From: an uncultured virus (IMG/VR IMGVR_UViG_3300008113_000015)
Lineage: Duplodnaviria; Heunggongvirae; Uroviricota; Caudoviricetes
DNA length: 64,000 bases
IMG/VR virus record: IMGVR_UViG_3300008113_000015
Span: 1-64,000 of that record
Reading direction: 5' to 3' (one strand)
Below are positions 47,016 through 57,242 of the stretch, one piece after another. The stretch's first letter is position 1. Each line of letters opens with the position of its first letter. Made by a program: the position numbers and the translations under genes. Below the pieces are notes generated by a model. It saw only the letters and a program-made list of their open reading frames with translations, was not told the origin of the DNA and searched no databases.

Positions 47016-48887
47016 ATGACCAGTCAGATCAACCCAACAGCAATCAATGATCAATATCCTGTGGCTGCCCAGCCCAACAATACCCAAGGATTCAGAGATA
47101 ATTTCGCCGGCACTAAAACTAATTTTGAATATGCCGCAGAAGAAATCACAGAGCTTCAAACCAAATCAATTTTAAACGCTGCCTTGGACAATGGATCTTC
47201 TCTGAGTACACAAAACAACATGTTGGGTGCGCCTTTGATTGGCGCTAAGATACGTAATTTTAGTGCTGATTCAGTGAACATTGCAACCACTTCGGGCCCA
47301 ATTATATTAGATTATAGTCAAGGACATTATCAGCGTATTGCAACCACAGGCAACATTAACTTAGGCTTTAGTAACTTTGCGCCTTCAGGTAGTTTTAGCA
47401 GCATACGAGTACAGGTCATTGTTGATGCTGTTGGCCGTACCATGGCTCTTAGCCCTTACGTAACGCTAGGCACAGACGGCATTCAGGGCTATGCCAGTGG
47501 TACTATTACTTTTGCCGAAGCAGGCACTTATCAATTTGGGTTTACAACATCTGACTCAGGCGCCACTATCACAATTCAGGATTTAAATCGCCCATTGAGT
47601 GATTACACCAATCCTGTGACAATTGCCAGCACCGAGCCTAGTATCAGCATTACCTCAGGTGCGCTGGTAGTTGCTGGCGGTGTTGGCGTTGCTGGTAATC
47701 TTTATGTGGACGGCAACATTGTTGGAAACTTTGTAGCCACCACTCAAACATTTGCCGGTAACTTAACTGGTGGAAATCTATTGACCAGTGGCATAATGAG
47801 TGCCACAGGCAATGTCTCTGGCGGTAACATTAGAACCACAGGGCAAGTTTCAGCCACAGGCAACGTTACTGGAGCTTATATCATCGGTGATGGTAGTCAA
47901 TTGACCAATATCACTGTGTCCGGTGGATCAGCCATTGTCAACGGAACCAGTAATGTAAGAGCAATTGCCAACAGTAATATCACTATTGGAATTGGCGGAT
48001 CAAACGTTGCTGTATGGGCCAACACAGGTGGTTTTGTAACTGGTTTAATCAGCGCCACAGGTAACATCACTGGCGGCAACCTTAGGACTGCTGGACAAGT
48101 TTCAGCCACAGGCAACATCACTGGCGGTAACATTCTAGCAGGTTCGGGAGTTGGAGTTGGCGGCGATGTTGGAGTTGGCGGCATTATATTTGCAAATGGC
48201 AACATCAACACCAACACCTCATTCAACGCTGTTGGCAATATTGTTGGTTCTTATTTCATTGGCAACGGAGCATTTTTATCAGGCCTGTCTAGTACTTCAA
48301 GAATCACAGCAGGTACCACAGAATTGGGCGTTTCTACCCCAAGTGGTAATATTCAGGCAACCGTTGGAGGCACAGCAAACATAGCCGTAATTTCCACGCA
48401 AGGTATAGATATCACTGGAAACGTAACAGCCTCTGCTAACTTAGAAGGTGTTGGTGTCAGTGTCACTGGCAACGTCACTGGTGGCAATCTACGCAGCAAC
48501 GGTTTGATCAGTGCTGCTGGTAACATCACTGGCGGTAACATTGCAGGTACTGGCAATGTATCGTTGGTTGGCAACGTGATTGCTGGAAACTTGACCACTG
48601 GTGCACAAATGGTTGCACTTGGCAACGTCACTGGCGGTAACATTGTTACCAACGGTCAGGTGCGCTCTTTCAACGGTACTGCTGTTTCAGCAGGAGGCAC
48701 AGCTGGAGCAGGATACGTATTTTCAACTACTGCAAACTTTGGTGTATTCTTTGGATCAGGTGCACCAACATTGGCCGCAGCCAAAGGATCATTGTACCTA
48801 CGCAGTGACGGTACTACCACCAACGATCGCATGTACGTAAACACCAATGGCTCTACTACCTGGACCGCAGTAATTACTGCAAGTTAA
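47016..48887 (+). CDS. tail-fibre-like protein with GN(I/V)TGGN repeats
   Basis: YPVA..PNNTQGFRDNF N-terminus; Gly/Asn/Thr repeats; GSGAP..GSLYLR C-terminus. Confidence 0.75.
   Translation: MTSQINPTAINDQYPVAAQPNNTQGFRDNFAGTKTNFEYAAEEITELQTKSILNAALDNGSSLSTQNNMLGAPLIGAKIRNFSADSVNIATTSGPIILDYSQGHYQRIATTGNINLGFSNFAPSGSFSSIRVQVIVDAVGRTMALSPYVTLGTDGIQGYASGTITFAEAGTYQFGFTTSDSGATITIQDLNRPLSDYTNPVTIASTEPSISITSGALVVAGGVGVAGNLYVDGNIVGNFVATTQTFAGNLTGGNLLTSGIMSATGNVSGGNIRTTGQVSATGNVTGAYIIGDGSQLTNITVSGGSAIVNGTSNVRAIANSNITIGIGGSNVAVWANTGGFVTGLISATGNITGGNLRTAGQVSATGNITGGNILAGSGVGVGGDVGVGGIIFANGNINTNTSFNAVGNIVGSYFIGNGAFLSGLSSTSRITAGTTELGVSTPSGNIQATVGGTANIAVISTQGIDITGNVTASANLEGVGVSVTGNVTGGNLRSNGLISAAGNITGGNIAGTGNVSLVGNVIAGNLTTGAQMVALGNVTGGNIVTNGQVRSFNGTAVSAGGTAGAGYVFSTTANFGVFFGSGAPTLAAAKGSLYLRSDGTTTNDRMYVNTNGSTTWTAVITAS
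47750..48660 (+). repeat. intragenic degenerate coding repeats
   Basis: Identical 21-mer CAAGTTTCAGCCACAGGCAAC at 47844 and 48096, plus many degenerate copies. Confidence 0.8.
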
Positions 48888-50064
48888 TCAATTCCCAAAA
48901 TTCAGGGAAAGTACTAGCTAGATCTTGTTGTCGCAACAGATCTAGCTTTTTTGTTGACTCAAGAAATTTGTCCCACTGCTGTGGCTGATTTTCCAAAGGC
49001 ATGTCCATGAAATCCATGATGCTAGTGATTTGCCAGTTGGGCTGTTGTGATTCAAGTTGACTACGTATTGTTTGTTTGACTGTGTCTGGCAGTGCTCGAA
49101 CATTGAGATAGTGTGGATGATGCACCATGTTAAAAAACACAGGAATTTCTCGATCGCAGAAATACTGTTGTATTTGCATCACGTATAAAATGTTCAAAGC
49201 ACACACTGTAACACAGATGTGCATTTTAATGTTGGGGCTGGTTCTGACCAACTGTCGATAACGCAATACGTTCTTTTCAACTGTGCTCCACGTTTCACCA
49301 TATCGAATATAATCAAAGTGTGGTCCAATACCATCTATGCTAATATCAATGTTTACTGATTTAAACTGTTTGATGATATCAATGTACTCAGGATTCCAAA
49401 TGGTACCATTGGTATTGATATGCAACCCTTGATCTCGGCATCGACCGCTGTCAACACTCTGTTGCAAAATATGAAATACTTTGTCCAACAACATAGGCTC
49501 AGCACCGTAGATGTCATAGTACTCTACATCAGTGAACCAGGTTGCTAGATCTGTCCATAGCTGTGTGTTTTCGTCGCTGTAGCTGCTGCGAATTCTGCCC
49601 CAGGAAGCTAGATATTTCTTATAGTCTGGTTCCCATTTTTGAGCTTCAATTTCCCAGTAGTCGCGATACCATTTGCTAGAAACCTCAGGCCAGCATGTTC
49701 TGCAGGCTAAATTGCAGGTGTTACCAGGTTTAAGGTCCACCAGTTGTGGCTTGTGACCTGTGATCACTAGATCTTTAAATTGTTCATTGGCCACTTGTCT
49801 GCGGCTGCTTCTTCCTGCTGCTTCTTCATTCCAGCAAGCACTGCAATTTGGATGTTGGATCCCTTGTTCTAGATCTCGCTTTATCTCATAGCGTGTAGAA
49901 CTGTTCCAAGCCTGTTCCATAGTATGTGTATCAAGAAAAATTTCCTGACCTTCTGGGTCTCGTAGATAAGTTTGACTGTGACAACACAGCAGGCACCGTC
50001 CTGAATTGTGTAATGCAATCCCAGAATCTGCCCAAACACAATATAAACCTTTGTCTTTTTCCAT
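48874..50064 (-). CDS. radical SAM protein with N-terminal Cys-rich domain
   Basis: CNLACRTC, GAEP, NTNG, YIRY. Confidence 0.9.
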   Translation of the reverse strand: MEKDKGLYCVWADSGIALHNSGRCLLCCHSQTYLRDPEGQEIFLDTHTMEQAWNSSTRYEIKRDLEQGIQHPNCSACWNEEAAGRSSRRQVANEQFKDLVITGHKPQLVDLKPGNTCNLACRTCWPEVSSKWYRDYWEIEAQKWEPDYKKYLASWGRIRSSYSDENTQLWTDLATWFTDVEYYDIYGAEPMLLDKVFHILQQSVDSGRCRDQGLHINTNGTIWNPEYIDIIKQFKSVNIDISIDGIGPHFDYIRYGETWSTVEKNVLRYRQLVRTSPNIKMHICVTVCALNILYVMQIQQYFCDREIPVFFNMVHHPHYLNVRALPDTVKQTIRSQLESQQPNWQITSIMDFMDMPLENQPQQWDKFLESTKKLDLLRQQDLASTFPEFWELINLQ

Positions 50065-50089
50065 GATGTCCTTTGATTAAACCTTAAAT

Positions 50090-50749
50090 ATGTATGATAT
50101 GTCAGAACTTACTACAATTTTTACTCCCATTAGATATCTGGTCAGCAAACTGCATTTAAAAATGCCCTGGACCTACGAAGAAGTCGTTGCTGAACTTGAA
50201 ACAGAAGATTGGAAGCCGCATGGAGAAGTTGCTCCTGTAGGGCACAATCCATGGCCTGGAATGCGTTACAAAGTTCTACGCCCTCGTGAAGAAAACAAAA
50301 AGCTAGTAGCAATCAGCAGATATTTTAACAGTCTCAAATTCAAACAACAAGTAGTTGACTGGATGTATGACAATTATCCAGGCACCGACGTGGCCTGGGG
50401 CATGGACCGTGACACCATGTTTCGACAAAGTCAAACGCACATTGAGTTTACTCGTGACATGCCAGGCTTTGTCAACGCACTACACACAGACTATCGCAAA
50501 CTGATTGCCACTGGCATGGTCTACTTCAGCAATCACGACACTGAAGATCTCAGCAGTTATTTCTACAAATCAGAAAACCGAGATGAACCTGTGCGTATGA
50601 CCACTGAGTTTGGCGACGGTTGGTGGCACCAAAATGGTAATTACACCTGGCACGAAGGATGGAATCGTACTGATCAGGTGCGCTACAGTGGACTTCTAGG
50701 GCTTACTATATACACCAGCGACGCACCTGTTTGGCCAGGGCAGAATTAA
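50090..50749 (+). CDS. 2OG-Fe(II) oxygenase-like protein
   Basis: LHTD...TWH...R; real start may be the ATG at 50099. Confidence 0.65.
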   Translation: MYDMSELTTIFTPIRYLVSKLHLKMPWTYEEVVAELETEDWKPHGEVAPVGHNPWPGMRYKVLRPREENKKLVAISRYFNSLKFKQQVVDWMYDNYPGTDVAWGMDRDTMFRQSQTHIEFTRDMPGFVNALHTDYRKLIATGMVYFSNHDTEDLSSYFYKSENRDEPVRMTTEFGDGWWHQNGNYTWHEGWNRTDQVRYSGLLGLTIYTSDAPVWPGQN

Positions 50750-52200
50750 CCTGTTTTTATCTGTCCCAGTAACTGTTTGAGTTTGGCTGTTTGTACATCA
50801 GCGGTTACTTTAGGAACGTCACTTGAGTGAACCATTGGTTTTTCCCATGCGTGTGTGCCTGTGGGTTTCTCCCACTTAGTTGGCGAATCTTCCGATGGCG
50901 CTACTGTGCTTTTGGCCTTGATTGAATCCATGATACTGGGCTTTACTCCACCACGGAAATTGTCTTGTTCGTCGCCGCCTGCATCGGTAATACGCATAGT
51001 GTTAATATCGTATTCAAGATCGATTTTCTGTCCTACACCTGTTGAACTACGACTTTTCATACATTGAATCTGATACTTGCCTCGCTCTTTCATAGCCCGG
51101 CTCGTGAAAATACCAAATACATTGTCCGCTGTATTGATCTTACTAATACCACCACTAATATGACTGTGATCAAATTCAATCTCCTCCACAGCTGATCGAT
51201 TCAATTGCGATGCGGTCACAAGCAATATGCCCAGTTCTTTGGCCAAGTTACGCAGTTCTTCACTCACATACTTGTCTTTGACAAACAGATCGTTGGGACT
51301 GACTTTGGCGCTGACAGGCATCAACAAGTCCAAATAGTCAACCATCATGAAGTCAACTCGGTGTCCTGTTTTGATTTGATATTCTTTTAAGAATGCACGA
51401 ATGTCATTGATGTTGCTTTGTGCTGGCAATGCTTTGACTTGATAGCTACCTGCCTTCTTGCCTACCATTTTGACTTTAAGGGCTGCTGTTGATTTGTCTC
51501 GACGAATATCTTTAGTTGACATATCTGTCAACATAGCTGCCGTACGCAGACCAGTGAGTTCCTCACTGAGTTCTAGCGAAACATAAACACCATGCAAGCC
51601 CTGTTGTACCCAGTTCAGTGCAATGTTCATCATCACAAGACTCTTGCCTGATCCTGAGCCACCTGCAAAGATGTTGAGTTCGCCGCGACTAAACCCACCA
51701 TACAGCAGTCTATCCACTTGTGGCCAACCTGTTGATACTTGTCCGCCTGCATCAAAGTACTTGGTAAACATACCCTCAGGATCGGCCCAAAAATCTGTGC
51801 CAAGATCCTTGGTTAAAGAAATTTGTACTGCATCTTTAATCAATTTTTCTACAGGCTCAAACTCACCTTTTTCCAACAGATCTGCACTTTTAAGAATTGC
51901 ACGTTCAAGTTCTTGGCGCTTGGTAAACGCTTCAAACTCAGTCATAAACCAATCATAGTGTCCTTCATTCAAGTCAGGCACTGATTGTAATTTAATTCCT
52001 GTGGCCGCTGTGATCTGTGCACGATCAGGCAACGTGCTGTATTTGGCACTGTGTTCTTTGATAAACTCCGCTGCTCGGCGTATGCTTTTATCAAAGTTGT
52101 CTGGGTTATAAATGTTCTGCACACGCACATAGCTCTGTGCATCTTCCAACATCATTTCCAGGAACAGGCGCTGTACGTCAACTCCGTAGTCTTTTAACAA
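50746..52200 (-). CDS. replicative helicase (DnaB/T4 gp41-like)
   Basis: GGSGSGKS, SLE, VDYLDL, TASQLNR, KSR. Confidence 0.93.
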   Translation of the reverse strand: MLKDYGVDVQRLFLEMMLEDAQSYVRVQNIYNPDNFDKSIRRAAEFIKEHSAKYSTLPDRAQITAATGIKLQSVPDLNEGHYDWFMTEFEAFTKRQELERAILKSADLLEKGEFEPVEKLIKDAVQISLTKDLGTDFWADPEGMFTKYFDAGGQVSTGWPQVDRLLYGGFSRGELNIFAGGSGSGKSLVMMNIALNWVQQGLHGVYVSLELSEELTGLRTAAMLTDMSTKDIRRDKSTAALKVKMVGKKAGSYQVKALPAQSNINDIRAFLKEYQIKTGHRVDFMMVDYLDLLMPVSAKVSPNDLFVKDKYVSEELRNLAKELGILLVTASQLNRSAVEEIEFDHSHISGGISKINTADNVFGIFTSRAMKERGKYQIQCMKSRSSTGVGQKIDLEYDINTMRITDAGGDEQDNFRGGVKPSIMDSIKAKSTVAPSEDSPTKWEKPTGTHAWEKPMVHSSDVPKVTADVQTAKLKQLLGQIKTG

Positions 52201-53161
52201 GTTGTTTCTTCCTTAATTCTATTTTGATTCTGCTGGTTTCTCTAGCTTGAAGTATAGTTAGCAAAGTTCCAAGTCGTCCATACTTCTTTACTGCATCATT
52301 TACATCTTTGCAATCTTCCCAGTTGGGTATGCTTACTGCCCAGCCCAGTTCTACGGCGCGGTCAATCAAGTCCAACCCTGCTTGGTCTTGGTCGGGCACC
52401 ACAGTGATTTCTCGTCCTAGACCACGGATCATTCTAGCCTGTGCATCACTGATTTCATTGTGCATGACTGCTAGGCCGCCAATACTGAGTGCATCAAATA
52501 TGCCTTCGGTCACAATCACATGTTGCCAGTCTGGATGCTGTAAGTCAGTGCCGAACACATACCCTGGCTGCACATCAGAAATAAATTTAGGAATCTTGTT
52601 GTCAATAAATCTTGAAGTGTAGCCTACAATTTTGTTTTCGTGTGTGAACGGCACAATTACACAAGGTCTGGTCCAGTGAACTCCATCGGTGCGGATAGGA
52701 GTCATCATGGGAAAGTCTTCAGGTACACGTCGATCACGAATGTAGTCCCAGTACCTAGGATGTTCCTGTGTGATCAATTCACTGCCCGGTGGCAGCTCAC
52801 GTTCTTCAAAATCAATGCCTTGTAATACACTGAACACACGTTGTCGGTCTTCTACAATGCCGTAGATACTACGATGGCGTAAACTTTCCAAGTTAGCCAG
52901 TTCAATATCTCGTTCAGGCACACCCAGCCAACTCAAGAGCCTACGGGCCTTGAAGCTCACAGAGCGGCCAAGGATAAAGCTGGCGGTGTAGCCGCAATTG
53001 AAACAGTGATAGCTCCAGCCTTGTTCGTTTGTTTTGATTCCGCCTCGTTGACGTCGGTCTGGGCTGTTGCCGTTGTGATGACAACATGGAGCGTTGAAAC
53101 TGACCCACCCACTGGGACTGGCTTTGCGTTTTGCAGGTAGGTATTGAACAATATCAAGCAT
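52178..53161 (-). CDS. DNA primase (zinc finger plus TOPRIM)
   Basis: CC...HCFNC, EGIFDA, PDQD, KDVND. Confidence 0.88.
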   Translation of the reverse strand: MLDIVQYLPAKRKASPSGWVSFNAPCCHHNGNSPDRRQRGGIKTNEQGWSYHCFNCGYTASFILGRSVSFKARRLLSWLGVPERDIELANLESLRHRSIYGIVEDRQRVFSVLQGIDFEERELPPGSELITQEHPRYWDYIRDRRVPEDFPMMTPIRTDGVHWTRPCVIVPFTHENKIVGYTSRFIDNKIPKFISDVQPGYVFGTDLQHPDWQHVIVTEGIFDALSIGGLAVMHNEISDAQARMIRGLGREITVVPDQDQAGLDLIDRAVELGWAVSIPNWEDCKDVNDAVKKYGRLGTLLTILQARETSRIKIELRKKQLVKRLRS

Positions 53162-53185
53162 CTGCTTATTATAGCAGAGTTTGTA

Positions 53186-54256
53186 TCAACGGTACATCAA
53201 ATTGGTCACTGTACCATTGTTAATGATAACATTGGCCATGAGCGTGTTACCAAAAGTAATAGGCAGATATCCAGAGCCGCCATCGATCACAGTTATTGGC
53301 CCACAGGTGCCATCGCTGGCCAAACTAGCCACAGCCCGTGCGCCGGCACCGTTGCCTACAATAACAACATTGGGCGGAGCAACATAGTTGCTGCCTGGGT
53401 TGTTGAGAGTAATTCCTGTGACTACTCCGTTGACCACTGTGGCACTGGCCTGCGCACCCCATCCCTGACTTTGGTTAAACGACAAACGAAGCAAGGGGTG
53501 GAACCCTGCTACATTAAGATAGACTGTACTGGTCTCGTCAAAATACTGTGTAGAATCTGTAACGTTGTACCAGGGCGACTCGTAGTCTTCGGCTGCTTGC
53601 GCTTTGATTGTTCCTGTGAAATGGGTGAGTTCCATTTTAAACGTGGTCAAACTAGCACCCAAGGTAGGTATATGACTGCTGTAAAACTCAGTCTGTTGCA
53701 AATAATTCAATGGTTGCGGAGTCAGTGCCCAGTCTGGCCAACCCGAAGGTGGATTTGCTGGCCAGGAAGTAGGACCATAGATAGTGGGTATGGTCAAATT
53801 TACACTGTCTTGAAACTGCGGAAACACTGAGTCCACAATGTTGGCATCGCCGCGGGCACCTGAATTGTCATCTACAAACACAGCCTGTACATAGTTTCCA
53901 GCTGATCGTTGGATGCTGTAACTGGCCGGTTGTGCCAGCAGGTTAATAGTATCGGTAGTGTTTAACACTACTTTGACACGTCCAGTGCTGGCACTGAGTA
54001 CTTCCATGTCCTTGGACAGCAACAGTTCATTGCCGTTTTGACCGATTAGACGGAATACAAAATTGCTGCCAGTGATGTTTACTGGCTTTTGATCTTGATT
54101 GATGAATTCAAACAAAAGCACGTTGTCCACGCCCTTGTTTATGGTTAAATATTTTGCGTACACTGGGTCATACCTCACAGTAAAGTAACCACCACTGGTG
54201 TCAACTAACAAAACTCTGGTTATCTGCTGGTATAAGTAAACGGTGGTTGAATACAT
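53186..54256 (-). CDS. putative baseplate/tail structural protein
   Basis: NQDQKPVNITG, NPGSNY/DGGSGY repeats; start corrected to MYSTT. Confidence 0.65.
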   Translation of the reverse strand: MYSTTVYLYQQITRVLLVDTSGGYFTVRYDPVYAKYLTINKGVDNVLLFEFINQDQKPVNITGSNFVFRLIGQNGNELLLSKDMEVLSASTGRVKVVLNTTDTINLLAQPASYSIQRSAGNYVQAVFVDDNSGARGDANIVDSVFPQFQDSVNLTIPTIYGPTSWPANPPSGWPDWALTPQPLNYLQQTEFYSSHIPTLGASLTTFKMELTHFTGTIKAQAAEDYESPWYNVTDSTQYFDETSTVYLNVAGFHPLLRLSFNQSQGWGAQASATVVNGVVTGITLNNPGSNYVAPPNVVIVGNGAGARAVASLASDGTCGPITVIDGGSGYLPITFGNTLMANVIINNGTVTNLMYR

Positions 54257-54277
54257 GGTGATCCTCAAATAATATTT

Positions 54278-54655
54278 ATGGGCAGTGATATCTTTGCAAA
54301 ATTGGCTGAAAAATACCCTTTCATAACGCTGTGCGTCTATGCTAACAACGAATACGTAGGGGTAGTACAAAACAGAGACGACTCTGTTACAACAATCTAC
54401 GACTTTGGGGCTATTGTTAGCCAGCAAGACAAGATGATGTTTCTAGATTTAGCTACTACTTGGTGGTGGGAAAGCAATCGTAGTATACCCATAAACATAT
54501 TCTTACGCGGAGATTGGGACAGATTCCGACATACCCTACGCACATTCAGTAACAAAGATTTAGAAATTATTCACGGACCTGTTTGCAGTCTCAGCGATAT
54601 TACCCGTAAAAAGGTCAAACGCAAGAGTATTACCCTGGTCAAACGTCTTGGTTGA
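54278..54655 (+). CDS. hypothetical protein
   Basis: WWWESNRSIPINIFL. Confidence 0.7.
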   Translation: MGSDIFAKLAEKYPFITLCVYANNEYVGVVQNRDDSVTTIYDFGAIVSQQDKMMFLDLATTWWWESNRSIPINIFLRGDWDRFRHTLRTFSNKDLEIIHGPVCSLSDITRKKVKRKSITLVKRLG

Positions 54656-55199
54656 GAAGATTCATATGCAGTGCTACCAAGGCTGCGTAACTGATCGCAT
54701 GTGCCTTTTTGAATGTGTATCCCCGACTAGTATCTCCATCCCACACTGACGCAAACACTTCTGCCCAGGGTTGCCGTTGTAGGTGTGCTTTACCTGGACG
54801 AATAATTGATATAAAAGCAGCCAGTCTTGGTATGCTGTCTGGCTTCATTTCTTTTAACAAATCATAGTAATTGCCCACGTGCGCCAACTGGCCGACCCAG
54901 TGCGCATCAGTCCACAGTCGACTCCAAGGAGGAGTTGCTGCCAACATAGCTTCATAGTGTTCAGGACTCTGAATCAAGCTGTACACACTCATGTTCAGGA
55001 AGTCCAGCTTGAAGTAGCCACGTTGTTCTGCTGTTTCATAATCAATGGCCGCACACTGGTTCACCGGATCTTGCGGAATGTCAGTGACATACACTCCCGA
55101 ATTGTGCCGTCGCCCATCGCTTTGTCGTGCGGCTGTGTGCTGAATCAAATTCAGCACAGCATTTCGGTCAGCAAAGTCCAAGTCAATATCTGCGCTCAT
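54639..55199 (-). CDS. minimal DNA polymerase III alpha (DnaE)-like catalytic module
   Basis: ADIDLDF, HNSGV, GYFKLDFL, IIRPG, GYTFKKAHAISYA. Confidence 0.8.
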   Translation of the reverse strand: MSADIDLDFADRNAVLNLIQHTAARQSDGRRHNSGVYVTDIPQDPVNQCAAIDYETAEQRGYFKLDFLNMSVYSLIQSPEHYEAMLAATPPWSRLWTDAHWVGQLAHVGNYYDLLKEMKPDSIPRLAAFISIIRPGKAHLQRQPWAEVFASVWDGDTSRGYTFKKAHAISYAALVALHMNLLNQDV

Positions 55200-55543
55200 T
55201 TTGTATCACACAATGCCATGGCTATCTTTAGTGCATCTTCGGCTCGATCACGTGCCAGCAAAGCATCTGCTACCGTGGGGTGTGTTCGAGCTAACGCTTG
55301 CATACGCTCTTCCTCGACCATTTTAGTTTGTGCCCATTGTATAATTTCTCTAGTCTCGTTGTCTAGCTCAATTTGCGGATAACTAGATGTCATGGGCAAC
55401 CATGAGCTGCCATCATACACTTCAATATTGTTACCGTTGTACCGTACCATGCCGGCACTGGGTCGACTCATGTCTACGTAAGGTGAATTGTACACATTGC
55501 CTGCAATGTGTATTCCTTGTCCGCCTGTGATATTTCTAATCAT
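55196..55543 (-). CDS. hypothetical protein
   Basis: Coupled ORF. Confidence 0.65.
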   Translation of the reverse strand: MIRNITGGQGIHIAGNVYNSPYVDMSRPSAGMVRYNGNNIEVYDGSSWLPMTSSYPQIELDNETREIIQWAQTKMVEEERMQALARTHPTVADALLARDRAEDALKIAMALCDTK

Positions 55544-55544
55544 A

Positions 55545-56231
55545 TTACCATCCTGCTTGAGTTAGTATTTCTTGAGCATACAGTTTATCTTTGGGGTGCT
55601 CTTTGAATTTCTTTTGCCATACATCAGAATTGATATAGGGCCATACTATTGCCAGTTGTTCTGTGTTGAGCTCACCTAGAAATTTCTGACCAGACTCAGA
55701 ATTATAAATGGCCCACGGACTGACACGACCGCTTGTTATTGCATAACATATAGCATTGGAATTGCCATAACGCAAACAGTCATGTGCTGGATGCCCTGTT
55801 TTCTCGTTCCAGTCCATGCTGTATTCTATTGATCTAGCTAGCGCATCGTCCACTGCTTCAGTTGGCAAGTAATACTGAAGATACTCTGTGTAGATCTGAT
55901 CGCTGCACCAGCGGTCAATCTTTTTGTTTTGTTTTAATAACCAGTCCATAAAACGCGGCGGGTTGATTACTCGTGTATCTACACAGTAGCGTCCAAATTT
56001 TACAAAGGCCTTGTAATAAGCACTGTCAGCAAAGTCATCGAATGTCTTGGCTGCCGAAGGTTGTAGTGTACGATAAAATAGTAAAAATGCATGGAGGCCT
56101 AATTGAACTCCACGCTCGCTCTTTTCTAATCTACGTCTCTTGCGTTCACACATGTGCACCAGTACACTGCTTTCGCGTACAAATGTCTTGTTACAAAACT
56201 CGCAGACAAATTTATTTTGTGTCTGTTCCAT
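55545..56231 (-). CDS. hypothetical protein with N-terminal C2H2/C2HC-type zinc finger
   Basis: FVCEFCNKTF......VHMC. Confidence 0.65.
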   Translation of the reverse strand: MEQTQNKFVCEFCNKTFVRESSVLVHMCERKRRRLEKSERGVQLGLHAFLLFYRTLQPSAAKTFDDFADSAYYKAFVKFGRYCVDTRVINPPRFMDWLLKQNKKIDRWCSDQIYTEYLQYYLPTEAVDDALARSIEYSMDWNEKTGHPAHDCLRYGNSNAICYAITSGRVSPWAIYNSESGQKFLGELNTEQLAIVWPYINSDVWQKKFKEHPKDKLYAQEILTQAGW

Positions 56232-56661
56232 GCTTGCGCAAATACTCATCTAATTCTTTTTTGGTTGTAATGGTAGCCAATAGATCTAGTTCGTCACTTT
56301 TGTAATTCGGGAATAGTTCAGCCAGTTGTTTACGAACAGCACCACTACCTTCTTTCTTTTTAGGCGAGATCCAATTGTGTTTGAACGCACCCATGTCAGG
56401 ACTCACTGTGGTGGCCATGAGCCATTGCAATTTTTTATGGCGTGTGGAGTTGAAACTAAAAAAGTGTTTGTTCAGTCTTTCGTTGGTTGAAATCACATAG
56501 AACTCCTGTAAGTCACGCGATCCTTCCACGCAACTTCCCCAACGGATCATCAGGAACGGAGCAAACTTTTTGCGTTCTTCATCTGTAAGCTCGTCGTAGA
56601 AGTCTCGATTCTTGCGATCAAATTGTCGCATCTCGTTGGCAATGTTTAGTTTGTCACTCAT
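56212..56661 (-). CDS. putative clamp-loader small subunit-like protein
   Basis: KKFAPFLMIRW..., HKKLQW, WI..KK; replication cluster; weak resemblance to T4 gp62. Confidence 0.4.
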   Translation of the reverse strand: MSDKLNIANEMRQFDRKNRDFYDELTDEERKKFAPFLMIRWGSCVEGSRDLQEFYVISTNERLNKHFFSFNSTRHKKLQWLMATTVSPDMGAFKHNWISPKKKEGSGAVRKQLAELFPNYKSDELDLLATITTKKELDEYLRKHGTDTK

Positions 56662-56903
56662 GGGGTTTTCTTTAAATTATACAACACAAACAACTGATCC
56701 AGCAACTCACGCATAGCCGGATCTGTTTCGCACATGGTCAGAACATGGTTTATTTCGCTGCGATATCCTCGCATGGCTAGGCCTGAATCGTTGTTGTCGG
56801 CCCACCCTACCATTCGTCGCTTGGTTTCGCCAAACTTACGAGCATAGATTCGATTGTCCACTCGCTCGTAGATGTAAGTTGCACCAGGAGTTAGATTGCC
56901 CAT
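56658..56903 (-). CDS. hypothetical protein
   Basis: Coupled ORF. Confidence 0.65.
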   Translation of the reverse strand: MGNLTPGATYIYERVDNRIYARKFGETKRRMVGWADNNDSGLAMRGYRSEINHVLTMCETDPAMRELLDQLFVLYNLKKTP

Positions 56904-57238
56904 TAGTGATTCCGTTTGCCATCAAACACACAGTTGAATATCAAGTTCTGTTCGCCGTCGTTGATTACTCTATGAAATGCGCCATCGGGAATCAGGATAA
57001 TGTCGCCGGCATTGACTCTGAACTTTTGTTCATTTACTATCATCATACCTGTGCCTTTTACAAAGAAGTAAACTTCTTCTTGTCCCTCATGACTATGGCC
57101 ACGTGTGGCCTGTCCTCGATACAGTTTGGTTGAACTCAGCACAAGATTGTTCAAGGTCTTGTTGTCTTTCAACAAGTAGGTTTCGTTGTCTTTGACTATT
57201 TCTCCACCAACGTCGTTCACAGTATATTTCAAGTTCAT
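56903..57238 (-). CDS. cupin domain protein
   Basis: HSH..QEEVY..G.G, GD...IP.G.FHRV.N. Confidence 0.85.
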   Translation of the reverse strand: MNLKYTVNDVGGEIVKDNETYLLKDNKTLNNLVLSSTKLYRGQATRGHSHEGQEEVYFFVKGTGMMIVNEQKFRVNAGDIILIPDGAFHRVINDGEQNLIFNCVFDGKRNH

Positions 57239-57242
57239 AAGA

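Noticed and set aside
47016..48887. DGR template/variable repeat pair
   Set aside because: The repeats are in-frame structural units without an adenine-specific mismatch pattern, and no reverse transcriptase is in the window
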